NCBI GenBank assembly: GCA_040954595.2
Contig: CM082584.2
Coordinates: forward strand, 11,312,552-11,376,551
DNA: 64,000 bases
Reading direction: 5' to 3'
Source of the DNA: Balanoglossus misakiensis
Taxonomy: Eukaryota; Animalia; Hemichordata
The notes under the pieces: model-generated
Databases searched by the model: none
The model's input: the letters and a program-made list of their open reading frames with translations, nothing else
Told to the model about the DNA's origin: nothing
Shown here: in pieces, positions 39,801 through 51,288 of the stretch
How positions within the stretch are numbered: position 1 is the first letter of the stretch
How the letters are laid out: every line of letters begins with the position of its first letter
Program-made: the position numbers and the translations under genes

Positions 39801-41798
39801 TTTCAAGTGTTGTATAGATGGGCCGAGAATGAAATGCAGCTTCCATCCTGTCAACAGGGGGAGAACATTTGATTAACTGGCAAGCATGAAGTATTAACAC
39901 CACGATCTCATACATCGCAACTGAAACATGATATTTTTAGATGCCCAGGAGATAAGAAATGCTAGGGATTTTATCTGCACACAAAAATGTTTATTCAATT
40001 ATATGGATGGATTGGCCAAAACAGATTATATTGCTGAAAGGGTGCACATTAAAGTATAGAGTAAAACTGGATGATATCTTATGAAATGAAAAACGCATAT
40101 AACTGGTAAAAAAGCGGCCCGTGCTGTGGGGTTTAATTAAGGTTATATGCACTTAAGAACAGAACGCAGTCCATACAATCAAGAGACAGGTGCAGATGAT
40201 ACCAGGATCAACACTTGTATAACTCTGATCTATCTTGCTCTGATATCCTCTGTACTTTATGAGGACTTCTGTCTGGTAGACTTAGTCATCAATCATGTTA
40301 CTGATGCCCTCAGCAAATGCGTGTGACCTTCATTTGAAAACAGTACAATATCTACTGCACAGAATTCATCCCTATTGTTGCGCTTAAAAACAAACCAGGT
40401 TGATTTGAATTTTATGATTTCTTCCTTGAATGTCCCGTTGTTATGAAGGGTTTTCTGTTGCACCAGGACGTGTCAATAACAAGCCTTGCTCAAGGACTGT
40501 CCGTGTTTTATAAATAAATCGAAAAACTATTCTTGGTATTTGGTCTAGCTTGCAAGAATTTCTTAAGCACTGGAGTGACCACTGTACTTAAGCAAGTTGT
40601 CCTACTGTGAAAATGTCACAATGCCAAGAATATCAATGAATGATGCGTTAAATTTAATACTGCCACAGTGTTGAAACTGTCCCAGGTGACAACTGCAACA
40701 TTATGGTTATAGCCCCCATCTAGTCTAAGATAATCTCACCACACAATTCTTAAGTGTGATGACGTGAATACACTGATAATGGTAATATGTTAGGTTATCG
40801 TGTTGCCAAGAGACACTAGGTGAAACAGTTGCTATCTGGGAACATTACCATAAAAAGTACAGTACTGTATTTGATATTGAAAAGTACAACTGAAAAGTAT
40901 ACCATTGCAAGCATCATAGGTAAACACCTTGATTACATAATATTACACAAGAGAATACAAAACAAAGTAATTTACAGTGAGTGAATAACAATAGGAGAAA
41001 ACTCACAATGGTGTTTATAAACAACATTGCAATGAACACATAAAAATTCAACCTTAAAAACAAATACTACATCATACATTTTATTACAGTATAAAGTATT
41101 ACATTGTATATCAATAGCTGACTGTGTTTAGTGTACCCAAGTTTTACATGCATTCTTGATTGATACAGTTTAGCTGTGTTCAGGCCTTGCACTTTCTTTT
41201 TGGACCAAAGCCAAAACACTATACTGTAAACAGACATTTAAATCCTGCATGGTCACCTAGTGTCAAACCACAAATGGTTGTCAGTTTCACACAAAAAGCT
41301 AGGTGTCTTTAATGTAAATGCATAAATAGACCAAAACAGTTGATTTTTTAAATATGATCCTGATGAAGGATTTTTTTAAATTTAAAGTCCAACTGTTGGG
41401 TGTACATTTCACCAGACAGAATAATCAATAGCGACAAAGGTTAACTGCAGGTGCCTGATCAGCAAAATTGAGATGAATTCCATGACAAGCACTTAGTACT
41501 AGTATCACGTAATTATGACTGATAATTGAGAAACATGTCATGTCAGTGATCTATAAACCCACACATTTCTGCATAAAGGGGGCACTATGCACTAGTGACT
41601 TGACATATAGTGGCCGATCTTGTGTTTTCAAGCATATCCGCATGAAAATAGCACCCCGCCCCGCCCACCCCGGACTAAGCTGATCACCGGGTCGGAGATC
41701 TGAACTTGCAAACGTCACTCACCTTTCTGTAGCCTATATAGAGTAGTGTTCAGATGCTCGCCGTCATTTAAAAGTAGACGCCTCACTTGATCCCCCAT
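30837..41798 (-). CDS. AGL: Glycogen debranching enzyme (4-alpha-glucanotransferase / amylo-1,6-glucosidase), complete, roughly 25 exons
   Basis: Exon 1 41798-41723 ([26 protein letters not shown]), then 39847-39625, 39366-38817 ([35 protein letters not shown]), 38663-38555, 38277-38157, 38008-37796, 37675-37318 ([24 protein letters not shown] nucleophile). Downstream exons carry [67 protein letters not shown] and [10 protein letters not shown]. Last exon 31127-30837 has QAWS and the stop. Splice sites checked were GT-AG. Confidence 0.97.
31177..31271 (+). mobile_element. ~90-bp TTAA-MITE family copy in last AGL intron
   Basis: CCCTTTC...CATTGCTTTCTGTGGTAAAAGTTGGACCTCTCTATAGAGGGATATGGGGGTGAAAGGGTTAA. 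Confidence 0.72.
32665..32754 (-). mobile_element. ~90-bp TTAA-MITE family copy (near full length) in AGL intron
   Basis: TAACTCTCACCCCCAGTTCCCTCTATAGGGGCTCAACTTTACCATGGGAAACAATGGATTTGGACCAAACCATGGTGCTGAAAGGATTAA is the reverse complement of the 7242/19026 consensus. Confidence 0.78.
37166..37239 (-). mobile_element. ~90-bp TTAA-MITE family copy (degenerate) in AGL intron
   Basis: TTTCACCCCTATAG.CTCAACC...ATTGGATT.TACCAA...GATGGTGAATGGGTTAA. Confidence 0.45.
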
Positions 41799-42457
41799 GT
41801 TTCTCTAATATTCGCAGGCAGTTTCGTGTTCTGACCGGGTGCTTCAACAGTGTCCTTCAAGTTGAACTCTAAAAGTATACGTGACTTAGGGCAGTCTTCC
41901 TCCCACGTTTGTGTGACAGGAATATTTCCAGGTATTCCCGATCGGAAACAAATAAATCTAAAATCTATACAATCATACGATCGCGGTAATTCCACGTCTA
42001 ATTACGACTGTCAAAGAGGAATGTACACAACCGGTTTGTTGCATCGGCCTTGGCGATCACCCGGCCTCTGCTTGCTAAGCGACCGGAAACTGATCACACG
42101 ACAGAGTCAGAACTTGACGATTTTCAGCGCTGATGATGTCGGAGAAGTTGTCTAGACATACCCAACTGATCAAAGTAACCCTACAAATACAGAGACTTTC
42201 CCCGGTACGTCGATCGATCCAGCAGTACGTCCACCGGTACGTCGGAGATCGGGATGGACAGAGATGAACTCTACAGCTGAGACAGTTATATGCAAATACG
42301 TATTCATGAGTAATCAAGAAATCCAGGTCTCGTACTTTCTCGAACAAACGTCGGTCAAAGTTCACTGGCGAGAAGAAATCAACTATCCTGTGATGTGCTG
42401 ACACAGTCCGGTGACACAGACGTTTTTCCGCTGTTATAACCGCAATTTTGTGTCAAA
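41799..42457. promoter_or_regulatory. Probable bidirectional promoter AGL/YJU2B
   Basis: Divergent start codons 659 bp apart, and the interval is visibly richer in CpG than the flanking introns. Confidence 0.55.
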
Positions 42458-44483
42458 ATGGTAAGTATTTTTGCATTCTATGAAGATCAACTCTGATTAT
42501 TCGTTAAATGACGCCGAAATGTTGTGTGTACTGCAGGAATATACTGAAAATCTCGCTCAAATGTTCAAGATCAATGGAGTAATACATACACACATACCTT
42601 ATATAAACAACTCTCCATTACAGGGTGAACGCAAAGGAACCAACAAGTATTACCCACCAGATTTTGATCCAGCTAAACACAAATCATTAAACGGTTACCA
42701 TGGTGTTCATCCGCTGAGGGAGAGAGCTCGAAAACTAAATAAGGGAATATTGATCATCCGATTTGAATTACCATACAACATCTGGTGTGGTGGCTGTAAC
42801 AAACATGTTGGAATGGGTAAGTAGTTTAAAGAATCTTTTTCTTTGTCATGGTGTACTTCTCTGCACAAAGTGTGCTGTTTGTGTCGACTCACAAACCAAC
42901 AATTCTTCAATGTGTTTTCAGGCGTCAGATACAATGCAGAGAAGACGAAGGTGGGCAGCTACTACACAACACCAATCTATCGATTCAGGATGAAGTGCCA
43001 CCTGTGTGACAACCACTTTGAAATTGAGACTGATCCCAAGAACATGGAGTATGTCATCGTGAGTGGCGCAAGAAGAAAGAATGAGAAATGGGACCCAGAG
43101 GAAAATGAGCAAGTCGCACCAGAGGGTAAGGATGGCATGGTCTTCTTGGTACTTCAGTGAGAAGTCCAAATGCAACCTGTCTAAACTGGACCATATAATC
43201 TAATTTGGTTTGGTGACCACTTTAGACAGGTTTTAGTGTATTTTATTTGAGTTTAAGTATCCCTGCACTATGACCTTATAATTTTCAAAATTCACCTAAT
43301 GTATACATGCATGAATTCATTAGTTGTAATTTTTTTTCTACAGACAGGGAAACCACCAAAAAGCTTGCTACTGATCCAATGTACAAACTTGAACATGGAG
43401 TTGAGGACAGGAAGAAATCCGAGATCATCATTCCGACACTTTCTGAACTGGAAGAAGTGCAGTCTGAGTGGAAAGATGACTACATGATGAATAAGATGCT
43501 GAGAAGCAAATTTAGAGTATGAAATATTCCATTATTGTTGCACGAAAGATCTCTCGTTTCTATCTATCAGACAAATCAGAAAAGAAATGTTTGGTCTTCT
43601 TACTTCAGACACAAATGGTTTGTATCACACAGTAAAGTTTACTTCTCAAGGTTTTCAGAGTTTTGCGTTGGCTACATTAATATAAACAAAAGTAACTAGT
43701 TTCTTCTATGCTGATGATTTTCCTCTCAATTTTTGTTACAGCATGAAAAGGTAGATTTGAATAAAGCCGCTGAACAGGATCAAGCACTATTGAAGAAATC
43801 ATCGCTCGACATCGAGTTGGTACCGGAGAATGAACAAGATGTAAAATTAGCTGCCCTGATGAAGTACAGGACAGTGAGATGTAAGTATCCAGTTTATTGT
43901 AATTTTCAATATAAATCAACATCTAGAATCCAGATTACATTAATTTTATTTCACTGGTTTTTATTTAACAGCGTTTGAAGATAAAAAGAGAGACAAGAGA
44001 AAGGAAATATTGAATAAACCCCTGTTTGAATCCACCGCAAGCCCAAAGGATCAAAAACTGGTGAATGCAAAGAAGAGATTAGGACTTGACAAAAAGCACA
44101 ATGTGTCTTCAGCAATGTGGGATCTAACACCAGGGAAAAAGAACTCCCCAGTCACAAGTACTGGTAATCTGGGCTTTGGAATTGTCAGAAAGAAATGCAC
44201 CACTACTGTTGTTAATCGAAATGAAGTGGACAGTGAAAAACAAACTCAGACACAGGAAACAACGCCCTCTTTAGATCAGAACTTTGGCAGCACAGACAAT
44301 TCATCAGCATTCAGTGTTGATGGACAAACTTGCACAAGCAGTGCTGTGCTACCACAGATTTTAAAATCAGAGAGGACCTCAACTGTAGGAGATAGTAATG
44401 GGAACAGCGATAGTTCAGAGATCCCCAAGATGCTTGTGTCTTGTGACTATGGAAGTAGCGAGGAGAGTGACCCAAGTCTTTAG
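42458..44483 (+). CDS. YJU2B: Splicing factor YJU2B / CCDC130 (CWC16 family)
   Basis: Exons 42458-42460 (ATG only), 42624-42816, 42922-43125, 43344-43516, 43742-43880, 43972-44483. Protein MGERKGTNKYYPPDFDP...RERARKL.KGILIIRFELPYNIWCGGCNKHVGMGVRYNAEK.KVGSYYTTPIYRFRMKCHLCDN, with two CxxC pairs and the C-terminal LVSCDYGSSEESD. Confidence 0.95.
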
Positions 44484-45247
44484 CAATGGCAAAGAAAATT
44501 TCCATCTTTTTTTCACTGTCATGACTGTAACTGGATAATAAAATTTTATATTTCAAGTTTCATGCTCTGGTCTGTTGCTATTATTGCTAATTATATCTTC
44601 CACCTGTCCCCAAGTTCAGATCATGATTCTCAAAATGATTTCCCCAATGAACTTTTAAAAGCAGTGAGTTTGGGTTACCTCGCATTATTCTATTGTGCTC
44701 ATCTCAGCTCATACATTACATAGTATTACATAATCTTTCACTGTTCATAGTTACACACATTTGGCCGGTTTTATTATGCTTTATTGCATTGGTATCTTTA
44801 CAGTTTCATAACAATATCAGTACAATGACTTCTTATTCAAAAAGGAAAGTTCATTAGTAAAACGACATGCATATTTATTCAATATGTACACATGTACTGA
44901 AGTCTCACAATCATCTGGTTGCAAAATCTAGAGCTGTGTTTTATTTCATTCATAAAATATACAAAAGTTAGAATTGTTAAGGGTGTGGTACAAGCCCATT
45001 TGGCATCTCGGGTACATGTACGCTTCCAAAGTTAAAATTCTACCCTGCTGCTACACTTATTTCTGTAAATGTATTCAGTGTCTTGTAAGTTGTAAGCCCT
45101 CTGGTCTGGATGTGGCAGCCAAGCTGTGCAAGGATACATACAGTTTTCGTAAATATCAATATACACTAAGTAATAACTACTGTTTGGCAAGTACAGTGCT
45201 GAAGTCCATTACAGGCTTGCTTTATCATCTTCAAACACTGAACATGT

Positions 45248-47026
45248 TCAGTGCTGCTTGGGACCTGTGAAATGGCTAGGCTGAAAGTCAGGATGGAGTA
45301 TGGTTACTGTGTGTTGGTTGATCAAGGATTCGTGTTTGTCAAGGACTGTCCACTGACTGTCCTCAGGGTCGTAGCACTCCACTGTGGTCAGCAGGCACTT
45401 CTTGCCAAAGCGGCCTTCCCTTTCCCCGCCAAAGACATACAGCTTCCCGTTACAAACCGCGGTGCAGAAATCGTGCCGACTCTCGTTCAGGTTCTTGATG
45501 GCTCGCCAGACGTTGTTCTCCACATCGAAGCACTCAATGTGATTGTAGTAGGGCATGTTTCCGATGGTGTAGATGCACCCGTTCAGGGCCTCCGTCCGTA
45601 TCCGTTGGATACGCACCCTCATGTGACCCCTGAGACTCCACTCTGCAGTGGCGGGGTCGTAACACTGAATGTCAGGAATGTCTTCGTACTCTGAACTTGC
45701 GCCTCCGAAGACGAATACCTTCCCGCTGCAGGAGACCACAGAGTGCCAGTCGACAACTGGCGTCGGCAGCGCCGTGATGACTTCCCACGTGTTTGTATCC
45801 GGTTTGTACTTCTCCACGTTCTCCAGGACTGTGCGGTTCAGGCCGTAGCCACCCACCAAGTAGATGTGATTGTTGCAAGCCACGAGTTTCCCGTGCCACC
45901 GCGGCTGCGACGGGCTTGCGACTCCAGTCCACACGTTCTCGTGGGGCAGGTACAACCAGGCGTTGCCCAAGTTTGTCCGGACCATGACGTTGCTACCCAG
46001 AGGAGCTGCTGTCTGGATCTTTTCGTACTTCTGAAACGGTGGCGGTTCAAGCGCTGTTTGCACTTTGGTCTCAGGATCATACATGATGGTTTTGTGTTGT
46101 ATTTCAACCTCATCGATCGACATGTCACCCAGGATGATCACGACCTCTCGGTAGTTTCGTGGCTGACACTGAACGTTCTTCAGTTCCTGCCAGTCACTGA
46201 AATGCATGTTCTGATACCGCTTGGCTTCCTCGATGGCCTGAACACATCCGGGACTCTGCATAATGCCTGGATCGTTCGCTGCTTTGGTCAGAGTAGTCGG
46301 AGACAGAAACGGCAGTCGTAGTGCGGTTAAGAGCACCTGCAGGGAACCCTGCCTGTTCTCGGGGTCATAGTTGATCCAGTCCATCACAGCCTCATAAACG
46401 GTCTCCTCGCTGTCCAGGTACAGGTCTTTAGCCAGACATTTCAGAAGCAGCGGTTCGGGCAGCTGCAGAAACTCCTCATTCCTGCACACCTCCGAGAACC
46501 GAGCAACGCTAAACGCTTCGGCTTTACTGTAGAGATCCTCCAAGTTGTGCAAGTCGGCGAACTGCAGCATTCCGATGCAGTTGCTGGGGTCCATGTGTTC
46601 CCTCATGAAGATGGAGCAGGCTGACTCCAGGGAGGAGATCTGAAAGAGGCTGGCAGCCTCCAGAACAGCCTGGGCATTCTGCTCTGTGATGTCAATCTCC
46701 CCCGTGTACAGGAACTCGACGATGGTGCTCAGTATGGTGGCCTGTACTCCGTTCAGAATGATCTTCTGAATGTGGCTCTCCTGCATGTCGTGCGTGAACA
46801 TGGCATTGAAGTAGAAACTACACAGAGCCAGCACTGCCCTGTGACACGTTATCTCCTCGTCTCCTACGCACAGCGCCACATCTGTGAATTTCCTCTCCAG
46901 CCGCAAGCGGTTAAGACCCTGCAGCACAAATGCTGAATGGCTGGAGTCACGGAATTTGAAAACAGGGTCTCCTGCTCTGTCAGCACTTGAGGCTTCTTTA
47001 TCATCAGAGGCTCCTTCGGTGTTCAT
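45248..47026 (-). CDS. Kelch-like BTB-BACK-Kelch protein (putative CUL3 substrate adaptor), single coding exon
   Basis: Uninterrupted ORF; likely ATG at 47026 just after an acceptor-like ...CTTTATAAACACAG. BTB (LNRLRLERKFTDVALCV...HRAVLALCSFYFNAMF), BACK (SNCIGML, EEFLQL, EETVYEAVMDWINYD) and Kelch repeats (IYLVGGY, VFVFGG, LYVFGG..VECYDP). Subfamily not assignable by eye. Confidence 0.92.
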   Translation of the reverse strand: MNTEGASDDKEASSADRAGDPVFKFRDSSHSAFVLQGLNRLRLERKFTDVALCVGDEEITCHRAVLALCSFYFNAMFTHDMQESHIQKIILNGVQATILSTIVEFLYTGEIDITEQNAQAVLEAASLFQISSLESACSIFMREHMDPSNCIGMLQFADLHNLEDLYSKAEAFSVARFSEVCRNEEFLQLPEPLLLKCLAKDLYLDSEETVYEAVMDWINYDPENRQGSLQVLLTALRLPFLSPTTLTKAANDPGIMQSPGCVQAIEEAKRYQNMHFSDWQELKNVQCQPRNYREVVIILGDMSIDEVEIQHKTIMYDPETKVQTALEPPPFQKYEKIQTAAPLGSNVMVRTNLGNAWLYLPHENVWTGVASPSQPRWHGKLVACNNHIYLVGGYGLNRTVLENVEKYKPDTNTWEVITALPTPVVDWHSVVSCSGKVFVFGGASSEYEDIPDIQCYDPATAEWSLRGHMRVRIQRIRTEALNGCIYTIGNMPYYNHIECFDVENNVWRAIKNLNESRHDFCTAVCNGKLYVFGGEREGRFGKKCLLTTVECYDPEDSQWTVLDKHESLINQHTVTILHPDFQPSHFTGPKQH

Positions 47027-47628
47027 ACTGCTCTCTGTGTCTGTGTTTATAAAGAGACACAAACTTTTTTTATTGGATGACGAGGCACAGAAAAGTGGGG
47101 TTTTCACCACAACCGGACACGCCCCCAAGCCCAAATAGACCACCGAAGGTCAACATTATATCTGATTATCTCATTACATTAGTAAGTCAATTTCAGACAT
47201 ATGTATCACACATCGCAATAGAAAGTGTGTGAACAACTATTTCAAGGCAGACCCCAGGATATAGCATATACGCACCTGTGTGGCCACGAGATGCCAGAAA
47301 ACAGCTGAACTTGGAATAGAAAGTTGGGTGCCACTGGCCTGGGTCGAAGTCGCTTTTGAAGCAACAGAGATGCAGTCGATCTCTGTAGCTCTATTTGTAG
47401 TTGTGAACTCCGAGGCAAACTTAGATTGCATCAGAAAATCCGAACATATTTGTAGCGGACGAGCGTAGAAACGTTTGCACACTTCGATCAGAAACTAACT
47501 TCAGTCAGCTGACCTGACATACCGCCAGTCAGGTGACTAACTAACCTCTGACCCCGTCACCAATGCACTCACTGGAGAAAAGAGTTATCCAAACGTACCA
47601 AACAAATGACTGATTTGCAGACGAAATC
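47027..47628. promoter_or_regulatory. Probable bidirectional promoter / 5' UTR region Kelch gene-HSDL2 copy 1
   Basis: Divergent ATGs about 600 bp apart. A minus-strand donor-like CAG|GTGCGT near 47275 suggests a 5' UTR exon of the Kelch gene. Confidence 0.45.
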
Positions 47629-50486
47629 ATGTTGAACACTGGGTGAGTTTATACTTTAGAATTCTCAGTGCATGCAATTGTACAAAGAACAGCAGATTTA
47701 TAAATTCAGTATTTGTGAACTATGATATGCAGTCTTCGAAGAGAGACCGAACTCAAGCAAATGCTTCGTCCACTGGCAGTCGGTTCAGTTGAAGATGTTG
47801 TCCGCATCACTAGTCACTTCCACTGTACCATGTACCAGTACATGTAACCACCACCAGCTAGTTTTTATTAGTCCATAGTCTAGAATCCAGACTCGTGTAT
47901 GTTTTTCGCTATGCTCCACACATATGTGCTTTCCAGTGTTCATTCATGGAGTAGTCTAGATATCTATACGTTCGTATAGATATCTAGACTATTCATGGAG
48001 TGACTGTGATTTTGTCTTCACAGGAAACTCGCAGGCAAGACTCTGTTCATCACTGGTGCAAGTCGTGGCATTGGTAAGGCCATCGCCCTGAAAGCAGCCA
48101 GAGATGGCGCCAATGTTGTCATAGCAGCCAAGACTGATCAACCACACCCAAAGTTACCAGGTACCATCTACACAGCAGCTGAGGAAAGTGAGTACAGAGT
48201 TCTCAACCCACAATTGTAACAATTTTAACTTTAAAATATGTGGTAAAATATATGTATGAGCAACAACTGGGATGTAGGTGCCATTTAAAACCTTTGACCA
48301 GTTGTATAAGTATGGTATTATTCTGCCTTCCATCGACAGTCGAGGCTGCTGGTGGGAAGTGCCTACCATGCGTGGTTGATGTGAGGTTTGAAGATGCAGT
48401 GCAGTCGGCCGTGGAAGGAGCAGTGAAGAAGTTTGGAGGCATCGACATACTGGTCAACAACGCAAGCGCTATAAGTTTGACCGACACCCTCGCAACTGAC
48501 ATGAAGAAATATGACCTCATGAATAATATAAATGCAAGAGGAACTTATCTAGTGTAAGTATTGAGTGTTTACCATAGAACACATAATTGGCAGTACTGGA
48601 CCTCTATGCAGGAATAGGGGTACAGCGAACATTCTTTGTGAAAGAAATTAATGATTCATTTTTTTGTGCTGTCATTGTTTCACACAACCTCAGGTCAAAG
48701 TTATGTCTACCTTATTTGAAGATTGGCAAGAATCCACACATTCTGAACATGAGTCCCCCTCTGAACATGAAACCTAAATGGTTCGCAAACCATGTCGGTG
48801 AGTAACTGTATAAGAATGAAAATTAAGCATTGCCGAAGAACTGTAGTTATAAGAGGGTCTTCATTGAATTTTCTGCAATCTGTGATCTAGCAACACATCC
48901 ACAAAAGCTATCCCAAAATTACCAATCCAGGTAGAATGCACTGCAGTCTTTTTGAATCATCAAGTGTATTGATCTGACATTTGCTTTTTTTTTTTTTTTT
49001 TTCACAGCATACACAATGGCCAAGTATGGAATGTCAATGTGTGTTCTGGGCATGGCGGAGGAATTTAAAAATGACGGGATTGCAGTCAATGCGCTGTGGC
49101 CAAGAACAGGTATGGTGTTTCTCAAGTCGAGTGACAATTGGAATTAGGAAGTTGTCATATGTGAAACTGTCCTACCCAAAAGTGAATAGGGGTTTCGTAA
49201 TGCCAGTATTCCCTGAATTTCTTTGTACTTGACCTTGGCAGGCGCCAGTCTTCGCTTTATACTGTGGAAATGACTCGACCTTTGGACACAATCATGACTG
49301 GTAGAGCGCCATCATGGGTTGTAATCAAATTTCTTTTGTTTACCTGTTTATAATTCCTCTTATTGCATGTCTGACCCAACACAGCAATCATCACGGCAGC
49401 CATGGAAATGTTGGGTGGATCCGATGTTGCTAAGCAGTGCCGCAAGGTGGATATAATGTCAGATGCAGCGTACGTGATTCTCACCAAAGACAGCAGGAGT
49501 TTTACCGGCAATTTCTGCATCGATGATGAGGTTCTTGTGGATGTTGGTGTCAAAGACTTTGATCAGTATTCTGTCGTACCAGGTATTATAAGCAAACATG
49601 TACACACTCAGTGTAACTTGTTCCACCAGTATTACCTGTATAGTATTGTCCACACACACACACACATATCTCTCAAGCAGAGTCCTGGATATATTAGCAT
49701 GCTGTTTGCAGTAGACAAGAAATTGCATTTTGGTACACAGAACAAAATACTGAAAATAAAGCCAACATTTAAAACTCTCGACTATTTTTACAGTTACCTT
49801 ATAAGTAATCAATGTCTATGCTTTCTTTCCAGGGGAACCACTCATGCCCGACTTCTTCCTGGATACAGACACTCCGGAGAAGGTTGAGGAGGTACTGAGA
49901 AATCTTGGTGTGGCTGCTCCCTTGAGAAAGCCAGAAGCGAGTGAAGATGCAACTACCACTAACGGAACAGATACTTCCAAGACATTTGGAAAAGTTGAAA
50001 GCCTGCTTAGTGAAGATTTAGTCAAGTCCATTGGAGGGGTGTTCCTGTTTGATCTCAAAGGTGGGATGTGTTCGGTGTGACAGTATGATGAGTTGTCATC
50101 GCTGGATGATATTATGAAATTCATCCATTAAAATTTACAAAATCTTTCACGGAATCTTGAACCAGTAATTTCTTTGTTGTCATCCTGTAAGAAATAATCT
50201 GAATTTATACTGACTTTGCGATGTACGTCTTTTTCTCCTAACAGGTGACGATGCTGGAACGTGGTACGTTGACCTGAAAAACGGCAGTGGTTCACTTGGC
50301 AAAGGGGAGCCCCCTAGTGGCAAGGCTGACTGCACCATGTCCCTGAAAAGTAAAGATTTCAACAAAATGTTTGCCGGAAAGTTGAAGCCAACCACGGCCT
50401 TCATGATGGGAAAACTCAAGATCAAAGGAGACATGGGGAAGGCAATGAAGCTGGAAAAACTACTGAACACCATGAATAAAAAATAA
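47629..50486 (+). CDS. HSDL2: Hydroxysteroid dehydrogenase-like 2, full-length copy 1 (SDR + SCP2 domain)
   Basis: Exons 47629-47642, 48024-48187, 48340-48553, 48694-48797, 49008-49109, 49385-49582, 49833-50060, 50245-50486. MLNTGKLAGKTLFITGASRGIGKAIALKAARDGAN, NNASAI, INARG, catalytic YTMAK, PDFFLD, then SCP2 (WYVDLKNGSG...ADCTM...AFMMGKLKIKGDMGKAMKLEKL). Ends ...NTMNKK*. Confidence 0.95.
47943..48000. mobile_element. 40-bp hairpin insertion with 9-bp target-site duplication
   Basis: TTCATGGAG-[TAGTCTAGATATCTATACG TT CGTATAGATATCTAGACTA]-TTCATGGAG. Confidence 0.85.
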
Positions 50487-50979
50487 ATCAGAACTTTAAA
50501 CAAGCAATCTGTTTCAGATCCATCCTGTGTGATTTTAATTCATACACGACATATAGAGTGATTAGAAGCCAACGTGCAGCTGAATTTTGCAGACTGTATG
50601 CATTCGAAGTAGAAGTTCTGCTTTAATGGGGCGGGTTCATTTCACACAGTTTTGTTTTGAAAAGATTTTACAGCAAAAAGTGGCAAAAGGGACTCGGATA
50701 TCAACAGGTCAATGCAATTTGTAAAAATCCATAATAAAAAATACAGTGGTAGATATACATACAATACGTGACACGTGTACAGGGGTATTTCTATTAGTCC
50801 GTGCATGACAGTTACTGGAAGGAATAATAAAGTCAATTAGTATTATATATACTGGTCGAAACCGTACTGTTCTCAACGACAAAGTTGTCTTTTAGTTTTC
50901 TTTCCTCATTGTTTAACCAGTGCAGAATCTGCCAGATGACAATTTTTAAATTCACCAAAGTGGGATTAAGTCCTGAGGG

Positions 50980-51073
50980 TGATTGGGTATAAGATAAGGA
51001 TTACATGTATACACTGTATAAGGCAGGAGTCCTGCCTTATACATGTTATATAATCCTTATCTTTACCCAATCA
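50980..51073. repeat. ~94-bp imperfect palindrome between HSDL2 copies 1 and 2
   Basis: TGATTGGGTATAAGATAAGGATTA...TGTATAAGGCAGGA-G-TCCTGCCTTATACA...TAATCCTTATCTTTACCCAATCA. Confidence 0.82.
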
Positions 51074-51288
51074 ACACTGCTGTTCAGTGTATTTGTATGT
51101 GATTGACCGTCCCCCTATAAATCAGATGGTTCTCCCCTTACCCAGCTTCGACAAGGGCTTCGACAAAACACGTCTCTGCAGGTGACTTGACCCACGATTG
51201 ACCTGAGTCGCGACTGACTAACCATTAACCTAAGTGCATTGATTAATGAGGTGATTGAGCCTGGTCGGACGTATATGCAGAGCTAGAA

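Noticed and set aside
45251-46321. Plus-strand ORFs of 147 and 192 aa overlapping the Kelch gene; similarly 38742-39293 opposite AGL
   Set aside because: Antisense shadows of GC-rich coding exons, with no independent motifs.
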